Of a stretch of DNA of 64,000 bases, positions 13,344 to 26,091 are shown piece by piece. The notes beneath the pieces are model-generated. The model was not told where the DNA came from and ran no database searches. It was given only the letters and a program-made list of their open reading frames with translations. This DNA is from Octopus vulgaris. Taxonomy: Eukaryota. Both the position numbers and the translations under genes were made by a program. The number at the start of each line of letters is the position of its first letter. Position 1 is the stretch's first letter. The stretch lies in the NCBI GenBank assembly GCA_951406725.2, contig OX597817.1:133300001-133364000 (forward strand), read 5' to 3'.

Positions 13344-13525
13344 TACATACATACATACATACACACACACACATACATACATACATACATACATACATTC
13401 ATACATACATACATACATACATACATACATACATACATACATACATACATACATACATACATACATACATACATACATACATACATACATACATACATAC
13501 ATACATGCATGCATGCATGCATACA
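13078..13525. repeat. Long (CATA)n microsatellite
   Basis: Directly visible. Confidence 0.95.
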
Positions 13526-13739
13526 AACATGTGTACAAACATACATAGTAAACAGGAGAAATGCAGAGTTGTTCAAAATAGAAAAACACGTAGTAGTACT
13601 CAAATGATTTGAACTTGCACTCCAAACTCTTTATCGAGGACTAAGTCTTTGGGGGTAGAGGAATCCAGGTGAACTGATATGGAGACAGTGATGCAAATAT
13701 ACATACCTGTACACATGTCAATACATGTATGGATTTATA

Positions 13740-13974
13740 CAGGATGGCCCAAAAGTAGGTTTACAGATATTCAATTATCTCTTTAGCATTCATATATTAT
13801 CAGTTTAGATTTTAATTATAAAGAAATATGATATCATTATTCTATGCTAATTTAGTTAATTCTGTCAAACTCCCTTTTCACTTTGTATGACATAAATTTA
13901 AATGTAATAAAATGTTTTAATAGAAATTTAAAGTGCCTACGTGATAACTGGGAACCTACTTTTCGGTCACCCTG
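13740..13974. mobile_element. Tc1/mariner-type MITE
   Basis: TA|CAGGATGGCCCAAAAGTAGGTTTACAG ... CTGGGAACCTACTTTTCGGTCACCCTG|TA: imperfect 27-bp TIRs with a TA TSD. Confidence 0.8.
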
Positions 13975-14000
13975 TATAGAGAGACACAAACACAGAAAAT

Positions 14001-14630
14001 ATTCAGATGAACACTCGTGAGTAATATTTGAGCTTGCACGAAAGAAATACATCTGAAATCTACTGAGTAATAAGGGATTGTGGTGGCAGATATTTATATA
14101 TTGAGGTATAGATATTCATATATTTACAAAACAAATTTACATGAAATACAAAAAATGCAGAAAACTAAGTGGAGAGGGCTATGGTAGTTCAGGCCCGACT
14201 CAGTGTGTGTGAGTGTGTGTGGGTGTGTGAGTGTGTGGGTGTGTGCGTGAGTATGTGTGTGTGTGTCTGTGTACATGAGTGAATTCTTTCTCCATTTAAT
14301 CCTCTAAACTATCTACCTCTCTAGCAACTTATATACACAACCTCAGGTCCCAAAATATTCCTTATGCCTTATCCCTGATCCATTATCAGCAAGGCTCCCC
14401 CATACAATACTAATCTCAGAGTTTGTAAATTGTGCTCAAGTGAATCGCCCACCGTCTTCTGCCACCATAATCCCTCATTAATCAGTAGATTTTCAGATGT
14501 AATCCTTTGGTGCAAGCTTCATCTGAATCCATTCCGCAGTTCTTGAGTTATCTTGTCCATAGACAAACAAACAAGCAAACAAACACAACTGAAAACAATA
14601 CCTGCGTCTTCGCTAAGGAGGAGGTAATAA
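14001..14630 (-). mobile_element. Helentron/HINE-like non-autonomous element with an internal 60-bp inverted repeat
   Basis: Minus start TTATTACCTCC..TAGCGAAG..AGGTATTGTTTT (palindrome), (GTTT)n and ATAACTCAAGAACT..GGATT..ATGAAGCTTG; IR arms at 14031-14090 and 14458-14518. Confidence 0.55.
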
Positions 14631-14639
14631 ACGAGAGTA

Positions 14640-15415
14640 GGAAAGGTTTTGTAATTAAGAAGGTCTCTTTACAGTCATGTGGCCTTGGGGTCAGTTCCAC
14701 AGTGTTATACCTTAGGTAAGTATCTTCATCTGTAGCCCTGGGCTAACCAATACTTGTGAGTGAATTTGGTGGACAGAACCTATCTGAAAACTCATTATAT
14801 ATATATATATATATATCCTTTCATTCTTTTACTTGTTTCAGTCATCTGACTCCGGCCATGCTGGATTATCGTCTTTAGTCTAACAAATCAACCCCAGGAC
14901 TTATTCTTTGTAAACCTAAGTACTTATACTATCAACTCTCATGCCAAACCACTAAGTTATGGGGACAAACACAGACACACATACATACAAATATATATAT
15001 ATATATATATCGCCTGGCCTCCGTGCCGGTGGCACATAAAAAGCACCATCTGGCCGTTGCCAGCCTCGCCTGGCACCTGTGCCAGTGGCACGGAAAAAGC
15101 ACCCACTACACTCATGGAGTGGTTGGCGTTAGGAAGGGCATCCAGCCGTAGAAACATTGCCAGATCAGACTGGGCCTGGTGCAGCCTTCTGGCTTCCCAG
15201 ACCCCAGTTGAACCGTCCAACCTATGCCACCATGGAAAGCCGACGCTAAACAATGATGACAGGCTTCTTTCAGTTTCCATCTACCAAATCCACTCACAAA
15301 ACTTTGGTCAGCCCAAAGCTATAGTAGAAGACACTTGCCATGCAATGGTAATGAAACCGAAACCATGTGGTTGGGAAGCAAACTCTATACCACACAGCCA
15401 CGCCTATATATATAT

Positions 15416-15504
<89 letters not shown>

Positions 15505-15893
15505 TAATGAGCTTTGAGATAAGTTCTGTCAATGTGTGTGTAAGTATATGTGTGTGTGCATCTGTGAGAAAGAGTACGTATGATAAATGCTTATGTGTAT
15601 GAATGTGTTGATGTGCATGTGTATGCAAGTGTGTGTTTGTGAGTGTATTTGTGTTCATGTGTGTGTGTGATAGAGAGAGAAAGAGAGATGATATATCTTT
15701 GTGGCTGCTGCTTGACAGCTGGTGTTGGTTTGTCTTCATCCCCAAAAACATTGTGGTTCAGCAAAAAGGAATGACAGTGTAAGTCCCAGACTCAAGAAAT
15801 AAGTACTGGTATGAATGTGTTCAAGTAAAACTTTCGATGTGGTGCCCCAATATGGCCACGGTCTAATGAGTAAAACAAGTGAAAGATAAAAGT
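14640..15893 (+). mobile_element. Octopus SINE (head 14640-14795, tail 15690-15893) hosting nested insertions
   Basis: Head and tail resemble 6755-7398 and are separated by microsatellites and a reverse-oriented copy. Confidence 0.6.
14818..15403 (-). mobile_element. Reverse-oriented copy of the same SINE, interrupted by an RTE 3'-UTR-derived repeat (15012-15260, +)
   Basis: Tail 14818-14985 and head 15261-15403 match the reverse complement of 6755-7398; 15012-15260 matches 55835-56082. Confidence 0.7.
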
Positions 15894-15977
15894 TGCAAAA
15901 GAAAACAAAAAATGATTGATTCATTGAATGAATAAGAACATTTCTGAAGACAACGGTTGTTTTGATATCATGTGTGT

Positions 15978-15983
15978 TTTATT
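15978..15983 (-). terminator. Candidate polyadenylation signal (minus strand)
   Basis: AATAAA followed about 20 nt later by CA and a GU/U-rich tract (GTTGTCTTC..TGTTCTTATT), at the edge of the TE-poor region. Confidence 0.35.
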
Positions 15984-16690
15984 GACAATGATTATAAGGT
16001 GCCAACTTTACAGTGCTAACATTGGAATAAATTGAATGGGAAAAAGAGAAAATATCTGAAAATTACAGAAAAAAGTGGACTTCTAGAGACATTTCCGTAA
16101 ACCATAGATTTTAACAACTGTGGAGAAAAAAACCATAGGTTTTCTTATACTAACTTTCTGATGGTCTTTTCTTGTACAACCATCAAGAATGCTCACTGAA
16201 GATATTGTTTCTCTTTTGATTTGATTTTTTTTTCAATTGATTTTGGAAATTCTCAGCTGAAAATGTTACTATCATTATTATTACCATTATTATTATTATT
16301 ATTAGCATAATTATTTATCTTTGTATTTATTATATTTTTCGTTCCTTTTCATTTTTTTTTTATATTTGTTGTAATTATATCACCAGCATTAATCAGTGGC
16401 CACTCTTGGTGTTTAAATAGCTGTTATTTTCTAAAAAAAAAAAATTAATGGGAAAGTCGAGCCACATAGGGCTAAAGGAAAAAATAATAATAATAAAAAA
16501 AATGATGGCATTTTACAGTATTTTATGTTTAATATCCCAAACATAACAAATATGTTTTAGCAGGGATTTTCATTGTATTTTTGACATATCTTTTCTTTGT
16601 TTTTCTTTATTTTAATATCTATATATATATATGTATATATATATATATACATATATATATACATACATACACGTATACACATATACATAC

Positions 16691-16755
<65 letters not shown>

Positions 16756-17314
16756 TACATATTTACGAATTTTTTTTTCTTAAATCAAAAAGAAATAGCA
16801 TTGAGATCAAGAACTTACCAAACATTGGAAGAAATTGGGACTGAAAAGTTTCCAACATAAATTATAAAAAAGGGTTAATGAATAAATAATAAAAAATAGT
16901 TAATTAGTTAATGAATTTATCAATCAATCAACAATTAAAATGCGCACCATACCTTTAACCACATGTCATTTTCAACTTCTTTTATTTGTTGACATGGAGA
17001 TGACATTTTGAGCTTCTCTAGTTCTTTTCATTTTATTGGGGGTTTTTTGGTGTTGTCTGTGACTGTCTGTTTTTAAATATATTTTTTCATGTCTTGGGAA
17101 AAGAATTTTATTTGATATTAGTTTCAAGAATTTCAAATAAAATTAGTGTTTTGTCTAATAGTCAGTAAACTTATATTAGAATATTAAGAGAGAAGTTATG
17201 GCTAAATAGAATTATGTTGTTTTCTTAAGGAGGTACCTGCCTTGATGAGCAAGTCAAATTGTTCGGTTACATACCTGTGTGCATGTATGTGCATATGTGT
17301 GTGTGTATTCATGA

Positions 17315-17351
<37 letters not shown>

Positions 17352-17688
17352 CGCGCGTGTATGTGTGTGCGTGTATGTGTGTGTGTGTGTGTGTAATGAA
17401 GATAACAACTAAACTTTGTTGAAATACATCATGACTTATAAGGTTGTTTGAAATAGTCCTTTTTTTTTGTTTTGCTTTTTTCTTTTTCGTCTTTCTGTTA
17501 CTAATCAGCATTGCAATATTTAATGCTTAGACTTTCCTGAGAAATAGAACTTTTACAAGAACAACAACATTTAAAACTGTTCATTTATTGTTCTAAATGT
17601 TTGCTTCTCATTCACTTAATCAGTAAGAAATCAAGTCTAATAATATATAAAAAATTATGTTAATCTCATACATTCAGATATACACACA

Positions 17689-17724
<36 letters not shown>

Positions 17725-17984
17725 CATATATGTATGAGTGTATATGTATATTTAAGCATACAGCACATGTAATGTTGAAAGGTTAAAATTATTATTTATA
17801 TTTGATATGTTTCACAAAAATCTCATTAAAGTTTTCAAATATAAAGGGAAACTTTGAATGAAAAAAAAAATTAATAGCAAAAATCCCATTCACATTGCAT
17901 GTCACATCATGTATTTATCTTTTGTACTTATATCATATGTGAGGTTGCATGAGTACGAATGTATATATATCTATATATACATAC

Positions 17985-18041
<57 letters not shown>

Positions 18042-18651
18042 GTATGTATGTATGTATGTATGTATGTATGTATGGTATATGGATAGATATAGACATATTT
18101 ATTTGCATGTATATATGAATGTATGTGCATATGCAATGCATGTATGCATCTCATTTAGCATACATATCATTAATAATGTGCATTTTGTCTGTGAACAAAG
18201 AAATTTATGTTACAACTTTCATATGATGATTCCAGAATATGATTCTTATGAGTAAATATCTAAGTTATTTATGTAACATACTTGCTTTATGTAATATTTA
18301 AAATAGAATCTAAAACAATATGTTCAATAATATAAAATACTGTGTGCTCATTCTTCAATGTTACCAAGTAATTTTAGAAGCAGTTAAGCCAAAGACTTTG
18401 GTCTGAAATATATTTTACATATTTTTTTTTTATACATTTATGATTGATAACACTTAATTTTCAATCTACTCAAAATGTATGCCATTTTCATAAAATGGAC
18501 AGGAGAGTGAGAATTATAAAAAAGATTTATAGCTATTTAGAAATGAAATATAAAAAAGAAATGATCATTTTATTAATCTTCATGCAAGGAAACGAAGGTA
18601 CCTATTACCTGCTGAAGCAAGCTGTTTTCTAAGTGAAAATAAATGAGTTAC

Positions 18652-18772
18652 CTTCTCAATGAAGATAATTTGGGAAACTCCAGAAATTTCCTATAGAGCG
18701 TAGTAGACATATCATTGTGTAAAGACCTGTCATATGTTTGTCTTAAGAGTGATGACTTTCCGATGACTTTTT
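18652..18772 (-). other. Candidate minus-strand exon (possibly terminal)
   Basis: TACTAAC branch consensus (18798-18792), TTGCCTTATAATTTTTCAG acceptor and AAG|GTAACT donor; one frame is open throughout. Confidence 0.4.
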
Positions 18773-19588
18773 CTGAAAAATTATAAGGCAAGTTAGTATA
18801 TGTCTGAGTTCCTGATACAACAGGCCATATCTGTTACCTCTCCTTCGGGATTTAATAGCCAGATGAATAGTTGGAAATTTATCTGCATATATTAATTTAT
18901 ATATACAGAGAAAGAGGGAGAGAGAGCGAGACTAATGTCAAATATATTACTAAATAATATATCTACAACACTTCTTGGCACCTCCGGTAATACCTTCTAA
19001 GAAACTGCCCATAAGGCTATACATGTGGCTGGTGATAATTCATGTTTCCATCAAAATTTATAGATACACTAGTTCCAACAGAAACAAAGCATCTTTTGAT
19101 TAAATGCTGATGTTATTGAAGAAGCCATCTTATGAATTTTGCATTCAAATTACTCAGCACCTCCGAGCAACAGTTTAGAGATTTTATTTCACTATATACA
19201 GGTTTTATAAACTAGAAAAAATGGCAACAACATATCTTTTAACAATGATAAAATTACATATAATCTACTTACTCAGTTAGGAAAAATTAAATTTGAACAA
19301 ATAAATTTTTTAATATCATTGAGTCAGTGAGTTTGTTAGAAGTCTTAAATATTTTTAGCACTCAGCTAATGAGTCAATACATAGGAGCACAGGAAAATAA
19401 ATCCTCTACTATAGATCAATATTGAACCCACTCTCTCTGTCCAAAAGATAAAAATAAATTATTTAGACACCACTTTTGTCTTATGCCTCAATTTGCATCT
19501 GTACATTACTAACACATTTATAAATATTATTTCTATGTGTGCACATATACATACAACACACACATTGATATGTATGTGTGTGTATATA

Positions 19589-19669
<81 letters not shown>

Positions 19670-19672
19670 GTG

Positions 19673-19712
<40 letters not shown>

Positions 19713-19871
19713 TATATATATATTTATATATATATATACACACACATATATATATACACACACATATATATATACATACACATATATATATACACACACA
19801 TATATATTCATATATATGTGCACATATATAAATACATAGATATGTACACGCATATATATATATATATACAG

Positions 19872-19912
<41 letters not shown>

Positions 19913-20541
19913 TACATACACATATGCATAACTGTAGATGAGTGTATGTGTGTATTCATCTATTTTATATGCAAGAATTTGTATATGAATACATATGTGT
20001 ATTTATGCACACACATATCAAAGACTCCATGCAAATGTGTGCATATAAACATGTGTTTGTGTGAATAATTGCAAGTGTTTGTATTTATGTGTCCTTTTCA
20101 CTGCCAAATTTAAAGAAAAATTGTATGAGGAATATACTATAACATTCAATTTTCAAAACCTAACTCATAATTCTTCTCTGATACCATTTTTCTTTCAATT
20201 TGTGTCTCTTTATAAAAGAGTTCCCAGTCTTAGACAATTGATCCTATCATTTTCATGCATTATCCAATAATTTTTTTGAATAAGTTTTGTTCTTAGATAC
20301 TTATAAGTTATTGAAATACAATGTGAATGTGTGAAACTCGTGTCAGATGCAAGTCAAGTTTGCAAATGTGTCGATAGCTCAATAAATAACAACTATTTAC
20401 AGATTCCTGCAGGTATTTCCTCTCATACAAAAAGAAGAGACAAAAATTTTCGAATTTTGTTGTTAAATCGACACATATCCACAAATACATATACACACAA
20501 AGACAAATGCATATACACACAAAAATATATACATGCTACAA

Positions 20542-20601
<60 letters not shown>

Positions 20602-21071
20602 ATATACTAACTACACATGTAAACATCATTATGTTTCTTATATCTGATACAATGTTCTGCAAAATTCTACTATGAACAATACATTGTGAATTCTTACATT
20701 AAGAAATAACAAGAAGACACTCTATTGATATATATATATATATATTTATATATTTATATATATGTATCTTTGTATGATATTGGAAGTAACTTAATGATTC
20801 AGGAATTTCATAGTATTATGGCAGATTCTTAAGCCAGGCTGTTGCCAAAATTCCCAGTCATTTCTAGTTGTAAGGCGATATACTCTAATATAGGAACAAC
20901 CAAGTACCTCTGTAAACACTGAGACATGCACCATGAAAGCATATTCTATCATCATTATATCTATAAATTCATTTATCTACCTACACCCATATATATATAT
21001 ATAATTTATTTGTGGTTATATGTTTCTATGTGCACATCTGTATGTGAGTGAGCATGTACATATTAGATACA

Positions 21072-21113
<42 letters not shown>

Positions 21114-21468
21114 AATATATATATATGCATATACTTACACATACATACATGTATTTATACACATAAATGCATATATTAATGGATCTACATATAATTACAT
21201 ATATAGAAAGTGACATATATGTTGATAAATATATGCATATTTTATACACACACACACATATATATATATATTATATATACCTACATATATATATATATAT
21301 AGGTAGGTATGTAGGTATGGTATGTATATGTGCAGTTAAAGGTAGTTGTATCTGCATGATAGCTTTATGTATACATATCTGTTTTGTGTATGTCAAACCA
21401 AGGCAACCATGGGAAAATATTTGTTAAACCAATGATATAATACCATAAATGTTATGTACACAGCAAGT

Positions 21469-21506
<38 letters not shown>

Positions 21507-21965
21507 AACATAGAGACACTCATATTATTTGTCTAGACTCTAGGATGAATTATCAAGAATTAAAATCTTCTGGACAGTTAACCAAATGTTTTGAGTATTC
21601 ATTTAGACATTTTTATTGGTTCCATCTGTGACTGTCTTCAAGTATCCTACTCCTGGATTTGTACAGGGTACAGGCTAGATTTTTACTTAGAACCTTTATT
21701 TCATAATTCAAAAAATATAGTTTATGTGTTCAAATCCAGACCATGTGAGTGTGTCTGTGTGTTTGTATACATACCCAGGAATAGGACACCTGGTACTCCA
21801 GAAAAATTTAACTTTTATTGATACGCACATGTATTTTAATGATAAATGATTTTAGCATATATGCATGTGCGTGTGGGTGTATACATACGTATATACATAC
21901 AAACATACATACATACATATATATATGTGTGTGTATATATATGTATGTTTATATATATATATATT

Positions 21966-22001
<36 letters not shown>

Positions 22002-24074
22002 TATATACGTATTAATAGTTGGAAGGAACACTGCATTTTGTTTGGCAACCATAATATAATATCAAGTATATTAAAGGTTTATATGTCAATACTGTGTCCT
22101 ACCTGTGTTAGCAGTGCAATTCAATCACTTCTTAAAGCTATCTCTACAGAATTTCTTATAGAAATTAGAGCCAGACTGAAAGTTACAACGTTATGTATTC
22201 GAATATGTCTATGTAAACAATGTGATCTGAAGAGATAACTTTAAAAAAGTGATATATATATATATATATACATACATACACACATATATATATATGAATT
22301 TATATGACTTTATAAATGCTTGCCTATATTTCAGAACATATACAGCCATATGTGAATATACTGATTTATGTAACATTATCTTTATGCATACAGGTGTAAT
22401 GGGTACTTGACCAGCATATCTTTTAAGAACAATTCATTATGAAGATACATACGTATTATTTAAATAGATGCAGATGCAGACAGAGATGCCATTTGAAAGA
22501 GGATTAAAAATGAGTAACCAGTTACACACTCTTTACACATTTCCCAACGGTCATTTGTAACAGCATCCACATATACTTTCATAATACATATGGTTAATTT
22601 CCAATCCTGAATTGGTCCTACAAAAAAAAAAAAAGACACCCAAAAGAAAACATAATTTGAGGAAATGAAATATACATTGATCAAAACTCTATATAATTAT
22701 ATTTTTTTCATCTATATCTTCAGCTTATTTCACTTACATACTTCAGTGTTGCTCTTCTAGTGTAATTATAAATCAGTGTCAAAATCAGATAACCTACAAT
22801 GCAATTTATTTATATATAAAATAAAGGAAAAAGGAATTCCATAATATTGCCAATGTAACTGATATTAATACTTCATAAATAATATCCTGAGAGATTCTTA
22901 AAACTCAATATATTACACATATATATACTTATATACATATATACACACACACACAGACACATATATATGTCCATGTATACGTATGCATGTATGTATGTAT
23001 ACCTACATAATATATATTTATATATTTATAGATGCATGCACACACACACATACACATCTCCCAGGTTTCTCTATGCATGTGTGTATATGTATATTCATTT
23101 GTGAATGTAAATAATGTACATGGGTGAGTTGATAGATAAAGTATCAGACTTTTGGACTAAGAATTTATATTTTACCATAAGCAATGTTCTTATGTGTCCT
23201 TCATAAAGGCACTTAACTCTGCTCACACCCAGCAATGAAGTTAGTACTCATATTTTCAAACATTTCTTTTTGTACTTTACTTGTAAGTTTTGGAGATGAC
23301 TCACCACAAGTCCAAACTTTTAAACCAAATCTTAAAAGTAGAAGAAATTAAATGATACACTATTATACAAGTTCACCAAGGTGAATAAGTTAATTTGTCA
23401 TGGGGAGGAGATCATCTGCCATTTCAGATGCAGCCCTTTCCTGCTGACTCCTATCATCTCTAATTCCTGTGGCTACTAGAATTTCTACTCTTTAGTAATC
23501 TTTTATATGATTAGTATCAGCTCTACCAATTTACTTCAGGCAATATTATACTACTTATAAGTCTACATACAAATGTATGTCTTTGTGAATGTTTTAGGAG
23601 TCAAATATTATTGGTATGCATTTGCCAAGAACATCTATATGACGTGGCCAGAATAAGACAAGGGAGATATATTCTGTGACCAACTTAGACAATTAAGGTG
23701 TGTGTGTACTGCATATTTATTATTTTGGTACTTGTAAATTCTTGTGTGCGCATGCATAAATGTTCCTGAATGAGCACATATGTTCATATGTATGTACATA
23801 AGTATGCACACTTATATATATATGTATATATATATATATATATATATACATATATGTAGGTAGGTAGATAATTTACATAAATTATATAATAATTCATGAG
23901 TTTGATTGAAATAAAAACAGCAAAAGTAAAAAGAAATCTAAAAAAATATATAAAAGTATACTTACAAAGTTAAAATTTCTTTTGGTGAGACATTTTGCTG
24001 TCATGCATTGCAAAATGATGGCACTATTATGGAAGGTAAAAGTAGTTTTTGTTGGTTTTTTTGTTTATCTGAAC

Positions 24075-24135
<61 letters not shown>

Positions 24136-24327
24136 TTTCTTTGCCTCTTGATTTTTTATACATTCAAGCACACACACACACACGCACACACGTCGTACAT
24201 ATATACATATTATATTATATATACTTCATACTAATATAAAGCTAATAAAATTCTATCTACTCTACTTAGCACACTATCTATGAATCAATTATACATACAC
24301 ACATATATATACATATATCTACATATA

Positions 24328-24394
<67 letters not shown>

Positions 24395-26013
24395 ACACAT
24401 ACATATAAATATATATATACATGTATGTATATATCTGTATGTATGTATGTGTATATATATATATATATTTATATCTATATATATGTATATGTATGTATAT
24501 ATATATATGCAGACATATACATATATACATATACAGATGCATATATATATATAAATATATATATACGCACATATATATATACATATATGTATATGTGTGT
24601 GTGTGTGCGCATATGTGTGTGTGAGTGTGTGTGTGTGTGTGTGAGGGTGGGGAATATCTACATTGTAGGAGGATACGAGTGAAGCTCCTTGATAAAGTGA
24701 TAGAGGGTGCGGGGAAGGTGTTGTTGAGATGTATAAATATGACACAATGATGAAGAAGAAACAGAACCTTATATAACAGTGTTAACTTTTTAGACCTTCT
24801 GGTTCTGTCTCCAACCAAGCAGTTAAAAGAAGATGACATGAAAAAAATCAGTATTTACATATTATTGAAGAAATCCAGAAAAAAAAAAGAAAGAAAAAAT
24901 ATTTAAATAAAAGAGTGAATATTATAAAATATGACATTATAATTAGAAAAAAAAAATAGAGAGAATGATAAGACAGAAATGTTCTGCAAATAGTTTGAAT
25001 AAATTTTTTTTTAAAACAGTGTATTTGAACACATTTTGGTTTCTCAGTTAAACATCACACATCGCATCAATTCTGATGATCAATTATACTATTATTGTTG
25101 ATAAAGTGTGTGCCTCTGTGTGTGTGGTGTTTGTTTGCGTGTGTGGGTACGAGTGTGTATGTGGTCTCTGTATGTATGCCTGCATGTGTATACGTGTATA
25201 TATCCATGTGTGTATGTTTGTGTGTGAAAGAGGTGTTGGGTGGGGATCATCATTTGATCAATTTGTGGACATGGATACTGGTGTTTCATTTGTACTGTTA
25301 TTAATATGTACTGTTTACCATGTTTCATGTTATATATGTATATTTCAATGCTTTTAAAGGTTATGTGCCTCCAGCCTGTAGGTCTGAGGTATTGCCTATA
25401 TTGGCAAAAGCACAAGTGTGAAACCAATGGTAACTTCCTGACTGGCCATAACCAACGACCGCATTAAATATATTTTCAATACTATACTATACAGCTATTG
25501 CTATATTTTACTGCTGTTTTATTTTAATTGAATTTTAAATTTTGTTTCTTTTAAAATTACTGTTTAAATCTCAAAATTTGGTTTCTTAACAATTATTATT
25601 GATTTGTTTGTTGTCGTTATTGTTTTTGTTATTGCTGATAACAATATTCCTGATATTTTTTAAATATCCTTTTTTGAATGTGCTTTATTTTTCATTTTTG
25701 AACTTATTTTTATGATTAATGCTAACGAATATCCTTCATTGTTCCATTTCTAATATTCTCTTCATGATCAGATATTTTACTTGCAGCTTTTAAGTAACTG
25801 TATTATTCTCATAAATAAAACTATAAACCACTCTGAAATAATGAAAAATTTAAATTATAATATTTAGCATTGCATGTGAGTTTATCTAAAATATCAACGC
25901 TCTTAACAGAAATTTCATTTTGTATATTAGACAACTTCTTAAATTAATCTCATTATTATTATTATCATCATCATCATCATTATTATTATCATTATGATCA
26001 TTATTATTATTAC

Positions 26014-26055
<42 letters not shown>

Positions 26056-26056
26056 G

Positions 26057-26091
<35 letters not shown>

